From Candidatus Fraserbacteria bacterium (GTDB taxonomy: Bacteria; Bipolaricaulota; Bipolaricaulia; RBG-16-55-9; JANLFV01), in assembly GCA_037446135.1 (NCBI GenBank), contig JBBIJD010000009.1, positions 8,130 through 31,637 on the forward strand: a stretch of DNA of 23,508 nucleotides, read 5' to 3'. Positions 15,739 to 23,508 of this stretch are shown one piece after another. The position numbers and the translations under genes were made by a program. Numbering within the stretch: the stretch's first letter is position 1; each line of letters starts with the position of its first letter. The notes beneath the pieces were generated by a model. That model saw only the letters and a program-made list of their open reading frames with translations, was not told the origin of the DNA and ran no database searches.

Positions 15739-17391
15739 TCACCCCTTCCGACCGAGCCCGATCCTTTCGAGCCGCTCGGCCTCCGTCAAGGGCCTGCCCG
15801 AGCTCGGATCGATAGCATAGCAGGCCCCATCGATGATCCTGGTGACCACGGCCCCGCGGGCATAGCGATGGCCCCTGAAGTGCGGAGCATCTAGGAGGCC
15901 CCGCTCGATCGCTCGGGCCAACACCCGTGGGTCGGCCCAAGGGTCTTCGCTCTCGCCCTCCCCTAGGGCCTTGATCGCCTCGAGGAGGACCCTGGCCTCG
16001 GAGATCAGCTCATTCTTCCTCTGCCAGACCGCCGGGTCAAGGGCCATATCCGGCAGGCCCAAGAGGGCATCGCGCACTGCCCCATGGGCGATCTTGCAGC
16101 TCTCGATCAACTCCGCGGCGGTGATCGCATGGTGGCCTTCGCTATAGCCGACCACATGGAGGATGTGGGGCTTGAGGGCCATGCTGATGGTCGCTGAGGC
16201 CGCGAGATGCCCCTTGGCCATCGCAAAGTCGGAGGGCATGCTCGCCAAGCCGGCCCGGACTTCCCTGAAGGTCGTGAAGCCCTCGTCATGGAGGCCCTCG
16301 ATGAGCTCGAGCTTCGCCAGCATCTTCGCTAGGTCCATCGCCGGGGAGGTCCCTGGCGGGGTGTTGAACATATACTGGGCCACATAGTGGTGGACCCCGA
16401 GCCTCTTGGCATTATAGGCGGCGAGGAAGGCCATGGCCACTGCCAGGGGATCATGGGCGTCTCTTAGGCTCCACTGATGGGCCTCGTTCACCTCGACTGG
16501 GAGCCCCTTCTGGGCATACCACCTTATCACCTGCTGGTGCTCCGTGATAGCCTCAGTCAGATCGCGATCGGAGCGGCCATCTAAGACACTATACCAACAG
16601 AGGGGGATCGCCGCCCAGGCGTTCTTGATCGTCCGGAGGCTCATCTCGGCCCACTTCAATAGATCGCGAGTCCCGCTGTAACACCGGACTAAGGGATAAT
16701 TGCCGCAACGAGTGGCCTCATAGATTGCCTCCAGATCCTCCGGCTTGCGCAGGGGCACTCCCCCTGCGCCATCCTGCTCAGGGTCCATCTCTTGAGGGCG
16801 GAAGAAGCTCTCCTGGGCATTCTGGTCCGGCCCGATGGACAGGACATCCAAGACCCCGGCCTCAGCGATCTCCCTCGCGCCCGCGATCGTTTCTGCCAGG
16901 GTCGGCCGGCCGAAATGGTGCCGGATCAGCGGATAAGGGTAGTGCCATTTGATCCTACTCACCAGGTCCTGTGGGGGAGCTTCCTCCTCCTCGGCCTCGG
17001 CAAGGCCACCTTTGATATAAGCCCACACCTCCTCGATGGGCTCCAGTCCGGAGAAGACCCGCTCGAAGAGCCCCGACCTCTTAGCGACCTCGGCCACCGG
17101 GGGAGTTCCGCCGAAGACGAACCGGAGGCCGGTCAGCCCTCGCGCGCTGAGCAGTTCCTTCAACTCCGCAAAGAGCCGCTCCGCCACCTCGGGAGTGAGC
17201 CGGTAGCTGATGGCCACGATCTCCGGCCTGTGCGCTTCGATGGCCTCAACTAGAGCTCGGGGCGAGATGGCCGGGCCGAGGAAGCGCGTCTCATAGCCCT
17301 CTTCCGCGCACATCCTCAGGAAGCGCTGGATCCCGGCGACATGGACGCAACTCCCCAGCGAGGCCCCCAAGATCTTCTCTCGCCTCTTCAT
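15739..17391 (-). CDS. uncharacterised cobalamin (B12)-binding-domain enzyme, mutase-like
   Basis: N-terminal B12 Rossmann domain (LGSCVHVAG as a DxHxxG variant, ISYRLTP, FVFGGT) fused to a roughly 400-aa catalytic-looking domain (RHHFG, RCYSGT, VEVNEAHQWSLRDAHD, QYMFNTP). ATGA overlap with the upstream gene. Confidence 0.75.
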   Translation of the reverse strand: MKRREKILGASLGSCVHVAGIQRFLRMCAEEGYETRFLGPAISPRALVEAIEAHRPEIVAISYRLTPEVAERLFAELKELLSARGLTGLRFVFGGTPPVAEVAKRSGLFERVFSGLEPIEEVWAYIKGGLAEAEEEEAPPQDLVSRIKWHYPYPLIRHHFGRPTLAETIAGAREIAEAGVLDVLSIGPDQNAQESFFRPQEMDPEQDGAGGVPLRKPEDLEAIYEATRCGNYPLVRCYSGTRDLLKWAEMSLRTIKNAWAAIPLCWYSVLDGRSDRDLTEAITEHQQVIRWYAQKGLPVEVNEAHQWSLRDAHDPLAVAMAFLAAYNAKRLGVHHYVAQYMFNTPPGTSPAMDLAKMLAKLELIEGLHDEGFTTFREVRAGLASMPSDFAMAKGHLAASATISMALKPHILHVVGYSEGHHAITAAELIESCKIAHGAVRDALLGLPDMALDPAVWQRKNELISEARVLLEAIKALGEGESEDPWADPRVLARAIERGLLDAPHFRGHRYARGAVVTRIIDGACYAIDPSSGRPLTEAERLERIGLGRKG

Positions 17392-18500
17392 CTCGTCTCC
17401 TCTCCGAGGGCCAATAGGCGAAGCTCTCTCACTGTCATCCCGGCGATCCCGAGGCGTTCTACTGTCCGGCCCTCTCTCCAGTAGTCGCAGCCGTGGATCA
17501 CCGAGGCGAGGTGGATTAAGCTCCTGATCGTTGGGGTCGGAACCCCGAGCATCTCCCCTAGAGAGGCCATCGGGACCAGGCTCATCGGGACATCCTCGGT
17601 GATATAGCGGACATTCAGCGTGGTCGGGGCCAGGATCCCCCGATAGCCGGGATTGGCCATCATCGCCTCATAAAGATTTTTCCCGCTCACATCGTAAGCG
17701 CGATAGAGCCATTCCCTGGCGGTCATGGCGTGGATCCCCAGGGCCTCAGCGACCGCGACCCTCTCCGCATCGAGCCGCTCGAGGACGAGGCAGACCGAGG
17801 GGCTGGCCCCTTGGATGTAGAACTCGAAGTCGACCTTATCCTCGATCCAGCCAGTATTGAGAATGGTGATCGCCGGGTGGAAGACTGCGCCGATGTTATC
17901 GAAGCTGGTCTTGAAGACATTCGTCCCGGGGACGAACTGGGGGAAGGCGCTCCGGATCGTCTTAAGGACCTCGGGTATCTTGTAAGCCGGTATGGAGGCG
18001 AGAGGGACGGAGTTCTTGATGCTGAAGATCCTCGCCTGGCCGGGACCCGTGGCCCGCGAGGCATAGATCAGCGTCTGGGCCTCGGCGATGACCACTGCGG
18101 CGGTGCAGCCCTTCTCCTTGAGGACTTGCTTGAACTCGATCGCCCCAAAGGTCCGGCCGGGATTGAGGATGACGATCTGGCCGTCCCTCAAGTAGGGGGC
18201 GCAGACCTCAGCCATGAACCGATGGCCAGTCGCGGGGACGACGACCATCAGTACATCGGCCTCCCTGAGGGCCTCTGCGATGTTGGAAGTGGCCAAATTG
18301 ATCTTCCCAAAGCCCTCGACCTCCCCGGTCAGCTCGATCCCGCCTCGCTGCTGGACCGGCCAGAGCCGCTCCTCGGTCCGGTTGTAGAGGTTGACCTCAA
18401 AGCCCATCAGGGCCAGATGGCCGGCCATCGCCAGCCCGCCGTGGCCGGCACCTAGGACGCAAAAGCGCGGCCTCCTCCCCTCAGCTTCGGCTAATATCAC
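17388..18500 (-). CDS. NAD(P)-dependent opine (octopine/nopaline) dehydrogenase family protein
   Basis: VLGAGHGGLAMA Rossmann motif, ILNPGRTFGA, AEAQTLIYASR, NIGAVFHP, LDAER and RYITEDVPMSL. SD GGGGTGA before GTG. Confidence 0.9.
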   Translation of the reverse strand: MILAEAEGRRPRFCVLGAGHGGLAMAGHLALMGFEVNLYNRTEERLWPVQQRGGIELTGEVEGFGKINLATSNIAEALREADVLMVVVPATGHRFMAEVCAPYLRDGQIVILNPGRTFGAIEFKQVLKEKGCTAAVVIAEAQTLIYASRATGPGQARIFSIKNSVPLASIPAYKIPEVLKTIRSAFPQFVPGTNVFKTSFDNIGAVFHPAITILNTGWIEDKVDFEFYIQGASPSVCLVLERLDAERVAVAEALGIHAMTAREWLYRAYDVSGKNLYEAMMANPGYRGILAPTTLNVRYITEDVPMSLVPMASLGEMLGVPTPTIRSLIHLASVIHGCDYWREGRTVERLGIAGMTVRELRLLALGEETR

Positions 18501-18580
18501 ATCGGCTCACCCCCTAGGGTCTCTATTCTCCTACGGCTGCAGAGTGGAAATAAGATGATCTTAAGCGGGCTTGCAGGATA

Positions 18581-18609
18581 ATTCTAGCGGGATAGCAGGC
18601 CCATGTCAA
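18581..18609 (-). promoter_or_regulatory. sigma70 promoter of the opine dehydrogenase operon
   Basis: TTGACA (18609-18604), N17, TAGAAT (18586-18581). Confidence 0.8.
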
Positions 18610-18657
18610 GCGAGGGTATAGCGCCCAACCGCTCCCATAGCTCCATATCACCGCCGC

Positions 18658-18686
18658 TTGACAGGCCACTCCCCCCTCGATATAAT
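18658..18686 (+). promoter_or_regulatory. consensus sigma70 promoter of the tetR-MMPL operon
   Basis: TTGACA (18658-18663), N17, TATAAT (18681-18686). Confidence 0.85.
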
Positions 18687-18688
18687 TT

Positions 18689-18706
18689 TGAATGAATACT
18701 CATTCA
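18689..18706. promoter_or_regulatory. palindromic TetR-family operator
   Basis: TGAATGA-ATAC-TCATTCA overlapping the predicted +1, immediately upstream of a tetR gene. Confidence 0.85.
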
Positions 18707-18717
18707 GAGAGCGGGAG

Positions 18718-19308
18718 ATGAAAGAAGATAAGCGTGAGCTGATCAGGGAAGCCGCGATCCAGGTCTTCTCAGAGAAGGGGTTCCACCAGGCCCGGGCCGA
18801 GGAGATCGCCCAAGCGGCCGGGGTGGCTGTAGGGACGATCTACAACTACTTCAAGAGCAAGGAAGAGATCCTGCTCGACATCTTCGCCACGGAGTTCGAG
18901 GAGCGGAAGCGGTTCTACGAGCAGCTCCGGGAGAGTGGCCGCTCGGTCGTCGAGCAGCTCCGGGAGATCCTCCGGGAGCACTTCCGCTTGCTGGAGGAGC
19001 AGCGGGAGCTGATGCAGGTCCTCCTCCGGGAGCGGTTCGAGCCGAGCAAGGAGCTCAAGGCCGAGCTCGCCCGGCTCTATCGCGGGATAGTCGGCTATGT
19101 TGAAGATATGGTCCGCCGCGGGGTGGAGGAGGGCTGGCTCAGGGAGTGCGAGCCGCGGGTCATCGCCCATGCCATCTTTGGGGCTGTCGAAGCGGTGATC
19201 GCCTGCGGGCTGATCTATCCCGAGGAAGAGGCCCGGAGGATCTTCCGCGCCGCTCCGAAGGAGCTGGCAGAGTTTATCTGGAGAGGTATCGGTCGAGAAG
19301 GAGGATAG
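18718..19308 (+). CDS. TetR/AcrR family transcriptional regulator
   Basis: HTH region KRELIREAAIQVFSEKGF...EIAQAAGVAVGTIYNYFKSKEEIL. Start is ATG 18718, since the track's TTG at 18658 is the -35 box. Confidence 0.93.
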   Translation: MKEDKRELIREAAIQVFSEKGFHQARAEEIAQAAGVAVGTIYNYFKSKEEILLDIFATEFEERKRFYEQLRESGRSVVEQLREILREHFRLLEEQRELMQVLLRERFEPSKELKAELARLYRGIVGYVEDMVRRGVEEGWLRECEPRVIAHAIFGAVEAVIACGLIYPEEEARRIFRAAPKELAEFIWRGIGREGG

Positions 19309-19310
19309 AG

Positions 19311-19805
19311 ATGTCCAAGAAACTGGTATTACTCATCCCGCTCTTGCTGCTCCTCATCGGCTGGGGAGCCTTAAACGGCCGCGGCCAGGAGGAGCAATCG
19401 CAGCGGTTCCAGTTGCTCATCGTCGATGAGACGAGGAGCTTCACTGCTTCAATGGGCGTTGAGCTCTTTGCGCGGGCTCTCAAACGGACCGGATTCCTCG
19501 AGGTCTCGGCCAAAATAGTGGATGTGGACTCGAGCTTTGCCTACCCTCTCCAGGGCCAGGAGCCCGATAGAAGGTATGATATCATCATCATTATCCCTCG
19601 CGGGATCGAGGATGGCAGAGTGCGCCAGATCTGGATAGTTACGAGGCCCTTCAACGAGATTTCGGAAGGACTGCGCCGTGCCGTCGCCACCATTAAGGAA
19701 ATCGTGAATAGAGCGCCCCAAGGGGGGCTCAGGGCCGTCGATGTGACCGATGATGCGATACCTGGCCTCTTCGCCACGCTCTTCATCCGAGGGGGCTGGC
19801 TCTGA
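19311..19805 (+). CDS. exported or membrane-anchored hypothetical protein
   Basis: ATG 19311 after GGAGG, signal-like MSKKLVLLIPLLLLLIGWG. The stop overlaps the MMPL start (TGATG). Confidence 0.75.
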   Translation: MSKKLVLLIPLLLLLIGWGALNGRGQEEQSQRFQLLIVDETRSFTASMGVELFARALKRTGFLEVSAKIVDVDSSFAYPLQGQEPDRRYDIIIIIPRGIEDGRVRQIWIVTRPFNEISEGLRRAVATIKEIVNRAPQGGLRAVDVTDDAIPGLFATLFIRGGWL

Positions 19806-22201
19806 TGCGCAAGGTCATCGAGTGGATCGTTGACCATCCCTGGCCGATGCTGGGGATCGTCGCGGTAATCACCATAGGGTTTGCCATCTCCATCCCCGCG
19901 CTCACCACCCTGACCGATTTCAAGAAATACATCTCCGAAGACGATCCAGCGATCGCGGCCATGAATCGGGCTGAGGCCCGCTATGGCTCCGCGACATTCT
20001 TCATGGTCGCGGTCGAGGCGGACGATACCGTCTTCAAGACCTCGACATTAGAGAAGATCAAGGCCATGTCCACGGAGTTCAAAGCGATCATCGGGGTGGA
20101 CAAGGTCACCGACCCCCTTAATGCCCAAGTGATCACTGGGACGGAAAAGGCCCTGGTCGTCGGCCCTGCCGCACCTGGTGAGGAGGTGCCGCGCACTCCG
20201 GAGGCGATGGAAGAGTATGAGCAACGGGTCCTGGAGAGCCGGCTGCTCAGAGACTATATCATCGCCGGAGATGGGAAGGCAGCAGCGATCTCGATCAAGC
20301 TCAAGCCAGATGCCGATCGCCAGGCCATCGCGCGCCAGGTCGTGGAGATCGTCGAGCGATACAAAAACCCCGAGAGGATCTACATCGTCGGGCTGCCCTA
20401 CATGAGCCTTATCTTGAGCGAATCGATGGGGAAGGACCTGCGACTGATGCTTCCCTTGGTCATCCTGGTGATCATCACTGTTCTCTATCTGAGTTTCGGG
20501 AGCCTCCGCGGGGTCCTCTTGCCTCTCTTGGTAGTCTCCCTGAGCATCATCTGGACCGTGGGGGCGATGGCACTGTTTCACATCCCCTTCACAGTCATGT
20601 CCTTCATCCTCCCGGTGATCCTCATGGCCATCGGGGTCGCCTATAGCATCCATGTCCTGAACAGATACTACGAGGAACTGGGGCAAGGGAAGCCCAAGCG
20701 GGAAGCGGTGATCGAGACGGCTGTGCAGATGCTATCGCCAGTGGCGATGGCCGGCTTAACTACCATGGCCGGCTTCCTCTCCTTCCTCACCTCCTTCCTC
20801 ATTCCCTTGCGCCAGTTCGGCTACTTCGCCGCCTTCGGGACCTGCGTGGCGATGATCCTCTCGCTGGTGCTGCTCCCGGCATTGCTGGCCCTCTTGCGCC
20901 TTCCCAAGCGGAGGGCCCAGACCGATGCGGGCCCGTTAGGCAAGGTCTTTCGCGGCTTTGAGTGGCTCGCCGCGCGTCACCGGAGGGCCGTCCTCATCAC
21001 TTCCCTAGCCATCCTCATCGCCTGCACTGTCGGCATGTCGCTCGTCCGCGTGGAGACCTCGGAGAAGGAGTTCCTAGGCGAGGATCATCCCATAGTGCAA
21101 GCCCTCAATGTCATGGACAACCACTTCTCGGGGAGCGAGCAGGTGGTCATCGAGATCGACACTGGGAGACGCGACGGCCTGAAGGACCCGGCGATGCTCG
21201 AGCGGATCGTCGCTTTGGAGGAGTGGCTCAAGACGAAGCCCGGGGTCAAGATCAACAAGACTCTCTCCCTGGCCGACCTCGTGCGAGAGATGAACCAAAA
21301 ATTTCACGCCGACGATCCAAACTACTACGCGATCCCTGACGACCGGAAGCTCGTCGCTCAACTCCTCCTCCTCTTCACCTTCCAGGGCGGGGATCTGGGG
21401 AGCATGGCGCTAGGTGACTTCTCTGCGGGGGAGATCACCGGCTTCTACAGTGCGGGCAGTAGCTCCGTGGAGGTGCAGCTCTCCCGCGAGATCGATAACT
21501 ATTTGCGCCAGACCTTTAAGGATGTCCGCGCAGAGGATGTCGGCTCGACCAAGCTCGGAGCGAGCCTCTTCTCCAAGATCCTCTCCAGCCAGATCGCTAA
21601 CCTTATCTCCTCGATGATCGCCGCGGGGTTGATCGTCGTCCTCTTGATGGGCTCCTTGCTGGCGGGGGCGATCAGCGTCATCCCCCTGGTCTTGACCGTG
21701 GTAATCAACTTTGGGGTGATGGGCTTTGCCAATATGCCACTGGATATGGCGACCTTGATGGTCTGCCCGATGGCCATCGGGACCGGGATCGACTATGCCA
21801 TCCATTTTATGAGCCGCTTCCGGCGAGAGTTCCAAGCCAGCGGCGATCCGGAGCTCGCCGCACGCCAGACCTTCCGAACAAGCGGGCGCGGGATCGTCTA
21901 CAACGCCCTGGCCCTGATCCTAGGGTTCGGGGTGCTCCTCTTCTCGACTTTCACGGGAACGACCCGCTTCGGCCTATTGATCGCCGTAACCGTGATCATC
22001 AGCGCCACGAGCGCCTTCACTATCATCCCGGCAATCCTCATGACCTGGCAGCCGCGATTCCTGACGAGGAGAGCTTGGAGTCGGAAGGAGGTGGTGCTCG
22101 CCAAGACGGGAAAGGTTGCGTTGAACTCGAACCCGGGCCTTAATCTTAAGCCTAACTTAACTCCAACTGATAAGGAGGTCAAAGATGAAGGTAAAATTTA
22201 G
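19805..22201 (+). CDS. MMPL/RND superfamily exporter, putative lipid transporter
   Basis: Two repeats of TM + large extracytoplasmic loop + 5 TM, with AIGVAYSIH, AGLTTMAGFLS and AIGTGIDYAIHF. Confidence 0.92.
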   Translation: MRKVIEWIVDHPWPMLGIVAVITIGFAISIPALTTLTDFKKYISEDDPAIAAMNRAEARYGSATFFMVAVEADDTVFKTSTLEKIKAMSTEFKAIIGVDKVTDPLNAQVITGTEKALVVGPAAPGEEVPRTPEAMEEYEQRVLESRLLRDYIIAGDGKAAAISIKLKPDADRQAIARQVVEIVERYKNPERIYIVGLPYMSLILSESMGKDLRLMLPLVILVIITVLYLSFGSLRGVLLPLLVVSLSIIWTVGAMALFHIPFTVMSFILPVILMAIGVAYSIHVLNRYYEELGQGKPKREAVIETAVQMLSPVAMAGLTTMAGFLSFLTSFLIPLRQFGYFAAFGTCVAMILSLVLLPALLALLRLPKRRAQTDAGPLGKVFRGFEWLAARHRRAVLITSLAILIACTVGMSLVRVETSEKEFLGEDHPIVQALNVMDNHFSGSEQVVIEIDTGRRDGLKDPAMLERIVALEEWLKTKPGVKINKTLSLADLVREMNQKFHADDPNYYAIPDDRKLVAQLLLLFTFQGGDLGSMALGDFSAGEITGFYSAGSSSVEVQLSREIDNYLRQTFKDVRAEDVGSTKLGASLFSKILSSQIANLISSMIAAGLIVVLLMGSLLAGAISVIPLVLTVVINFGVMGFANMPLDMATLMVCPMAIGTGIDYAIHFMSRFRREFQASGDPELAARQTFRTSGRGIVYNALALILGFGVLLFSTFTGTTRFGLLIAVTVIISATSAFTIIPAILMTWQPRFLTRRAWSRKEVVLAKTGKVALNSNPGLNLKPNLTPTDKEVKDEGKI

Positions 22202-23027
22202 TTTGATCATGAAGGCAGTGCTCCTCTTGGGAGCCCTGCTCGCGGGGTCGGCCCTCTACTCTAGCGGCCAGTTGACAGGTGACACGATCTTAAAGAAGGT
22301 CGATGAGCAGCAGGACATCGTCATGGGCGGGGACCTCATCTCGCTCATCCGGTTCGATAACGCCTATGCTGATGGGACCACGGCTTACAACATCTTCGGC
22401 GGCCTGAGCAAGCGGGCCCCGGACCAGCCGGATAGATCCTTGGTCTACTTCAAGGAGCCGGAGGATGTCCGGGGGACACTCTTCTTGAGCATCAAGCCTA
22501 AAGGAGAGGACGCCCGACTCTGGCTCTATCTCCCAGCCCTCGGCGTGGTGAAGGAACTTGTCTCGGAGGAGGAGCGGAGCGGCTCCTTCGCCGGGAGCAC
22601 CTTCTCCTACCGCCAGGTCGGCGAGCGGAGCCTGGTCGACGATTACACAGCGGAGTTGGTCGGAGAGGAGCCGGTGCAGATTGCTGAGCAGAGCCGTGCC
22701 TGCTATGTGCTGAAGTTGACTGCCAAGCCCGGGGCCAAGGTGGACTACCCCACGGGGAAGATGTGGGTGGATAAGAAGGACTGGCTTGCCCTCAAGGTCG
22801 AGGACTACAACGAGGCGGGGAACCCCGAGCGGACGATGGAGGTCCTCCAGCTCGGCGAATTCGAGGGGAACACCGTCGCCGACGCCATGATCTCTAGGGA
22901 CATTTTGAACAACAACGCGACGACGATCAGCTTTCTCGAGCGGCGGCGCCCGGCCCAGCCGCTCCCGGATTCGCTCTTCGAGCCGGAGAATCTCCCCAAC
23001 TTCGATCCCACAGCCTGGGGGTTCTAG
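22185..23027 (+). CDS. LolA-like outer-membrane lipoprotein-sorting family protein
   Basis: SD AAGGAGGT, signal peptide, FKEPEDVRGTLFL, WLYLPALG, SFAGSTFSY, CYVLKLTAK and LPDSLF. This is the usual partner of such MMPL genes. Confidence 0.85.
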   Translation: MKVKFSLIMKAVLLLGALLAGSALYSSGQLTGDTILKKVDEQQDIVMGGDLISLIRFDNAYADGTTAYNIFGGLSKRAPDQPDRSLVYFKEPEDVRGTLFLSIKPKGEDARLWLYLPALGVVKELVSEEERSGSFAGSTFSYRQVGERSLVDDYTAELVGEEPVQIAEQSRACYVLKLTAKPGAKVDYPTGKMWVDKKDWLALKVEDYNEAGNPERTMEVLQLGEFEGNTVADAMISRDILNNNATTISFLERRRPAQPLPDSLFEPENLPNFDPTAWGF

Positions 23028-23073
23028 CTCCCCCTCCCGCCTCTGCCCCCTTCAACCCCCTGGCTCGGCTTGA

Positions 23074-23120
23074 GCCGCCCCCCGGCCGCAGACTCCCCGC
23101 CCTGGCCGGGGGCGGCCTTT
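23074..23120 (+). terminator. possible intrinsic terminator
   Basis: GCCGCCCCCCGGCC (23074-23087) pairs with GGCCGGGGGCGGC (23104-23116) with one bulge, followed by CTTT. Confidence 0.45.
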
Positions 23121-23174
23121 ACTTGACAACCTTCTCTCTCTTTTTGAACGCTCGTTATAAAGGGAGGTCAGGGC

Positions 23175-23508
23175 ATGGAAGGAGAAGGAGCTGTCCCTAA
23201 GAGGGAATCGATCATCGAGGCAGCCACTCACATCTTTGCGGAAAAGGGTTTCCATCCAGCGGGGATGCGTGAGATCGCCGCGCAAGCCAAGGTGGCCATC
23301 GGCACGATCTACCACTATTTCAAGAGCAAAGAGGATATCCTGATCCAGATCTTCCGCGAGGAGATTGAATTACTACGGCGCTTCTTTGAAGAGCTAAGGA
23401 CAAGTGGGCTCTCCATCCGGGAGCAGATCCAGAGAATTTTGGCGATGCACTTCGAGCGAATTAAGGAGAATAAGCAGCTGGTCAAGCTGATATTGGTGGA
23501 GCGACTGG
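23175..23508 (+). CDS. TetR/AcrR family regulator, 3' end truncated by the window edge
   Basis: SD GGGAGGT, ATG 23175. Manual translation reads MEGEGAVPKRESIIEAATHIFAEKGF...EIAAQAKVAIGTIYHYFKSKEDIL and stays open to the window end. Absent from the ORF track. Confidence 0.9.
   Translation, partial: MEGEGAVPKRESIIEAATHIFAEKGFHPAGMREIAAQAKVAIGTIYHYFKSKEDILIQIFREEIELLRRFFEELRTSGLSIREQIQRILAMHFERIKENKQLVKLILVERL

Noticed and set aside
18501..18580. Cobalamin riboswitch before the B12-enzyme operon
   Set aside because: The leader is only about 75 nt and has no B12-box motifs.
22085..22201. Extra SD-like AAGGAGGTG inside the MMPL C-terminal tail, as a possible hidden gene start
   Set aside because: No convincing separate ORF follows. 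It may simply encode KEV or be a relic of an older gene junction.
23123..23161. Consensus promoter for the second tetR (TTGACA 23123 with TATAAA 23156)
   Set aside because: The spacer is 27 nt, which is incompatible with sigma70, and there is no good -10 at 17 nt.
1..23508. Very frequent CTCGAG, GAGCTC and GATC palindromes as a repeat family
   Set aside because: They are explained by preferred CTC, GAG and ATC codons (Leu-Glu, Glu-Leu, Ile). A claim of enrichment would need a codon-controlled count that I cannot run.

Overview
GC-rich bacterial chromosomal window, densely coding, with no rRNA, tRNA, CRISPR array or mobile element that I can support. The bacterial call rests on sigma70-type TTGACA-N17-TATAAT promoters, Shine-Dalgarno (SD) sites, a bacterial-type TrpRS and beta-barrel/LolA-like envelope genes. 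The gene mix loosely suggests a deep-branching lineage such as Bipolaricaulota/Acetothermia, which is unverified inference. In order, the window holds: a small Zn-ribbon protein and a membrane-anchored coiled-coil protein; an archaeal/eukaryotic-type tRNA pseudouridine synthase Pus10; a DUF4015-like glycoside hydrolase; two convergent beta-barrel-like genes; a symmetric bidirectional promoter driving a 17-codon Lys/Gly-rich micro-ORF with its own terminator; a frameshifted ArsB/NhaD/CitMHS-type anion permease; trpS with a Trp-containing upstream mini-ORF; an operon of a CofC-like protein, a GlyA-GcvT fusion and a Nif3-like protein; a minus-strand five-gene operon; and a TetR/hypothetical/MMPL-RND/LolA-like unit with a FadR-like operator, followed by a second, truncated TetR paralog. 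The best candidate for an undescribed system is the five-gene operon (12859-18500): opine dehydrogenase, uncharacterised cobalamin-binding enzyme, MscS channel, asparagine-synthetase-like ligase whose glutaminase residues are replaced, and a LapA-like protein. It reads as a small-molecule pathway, possibly for a compatible solute or a lactam.
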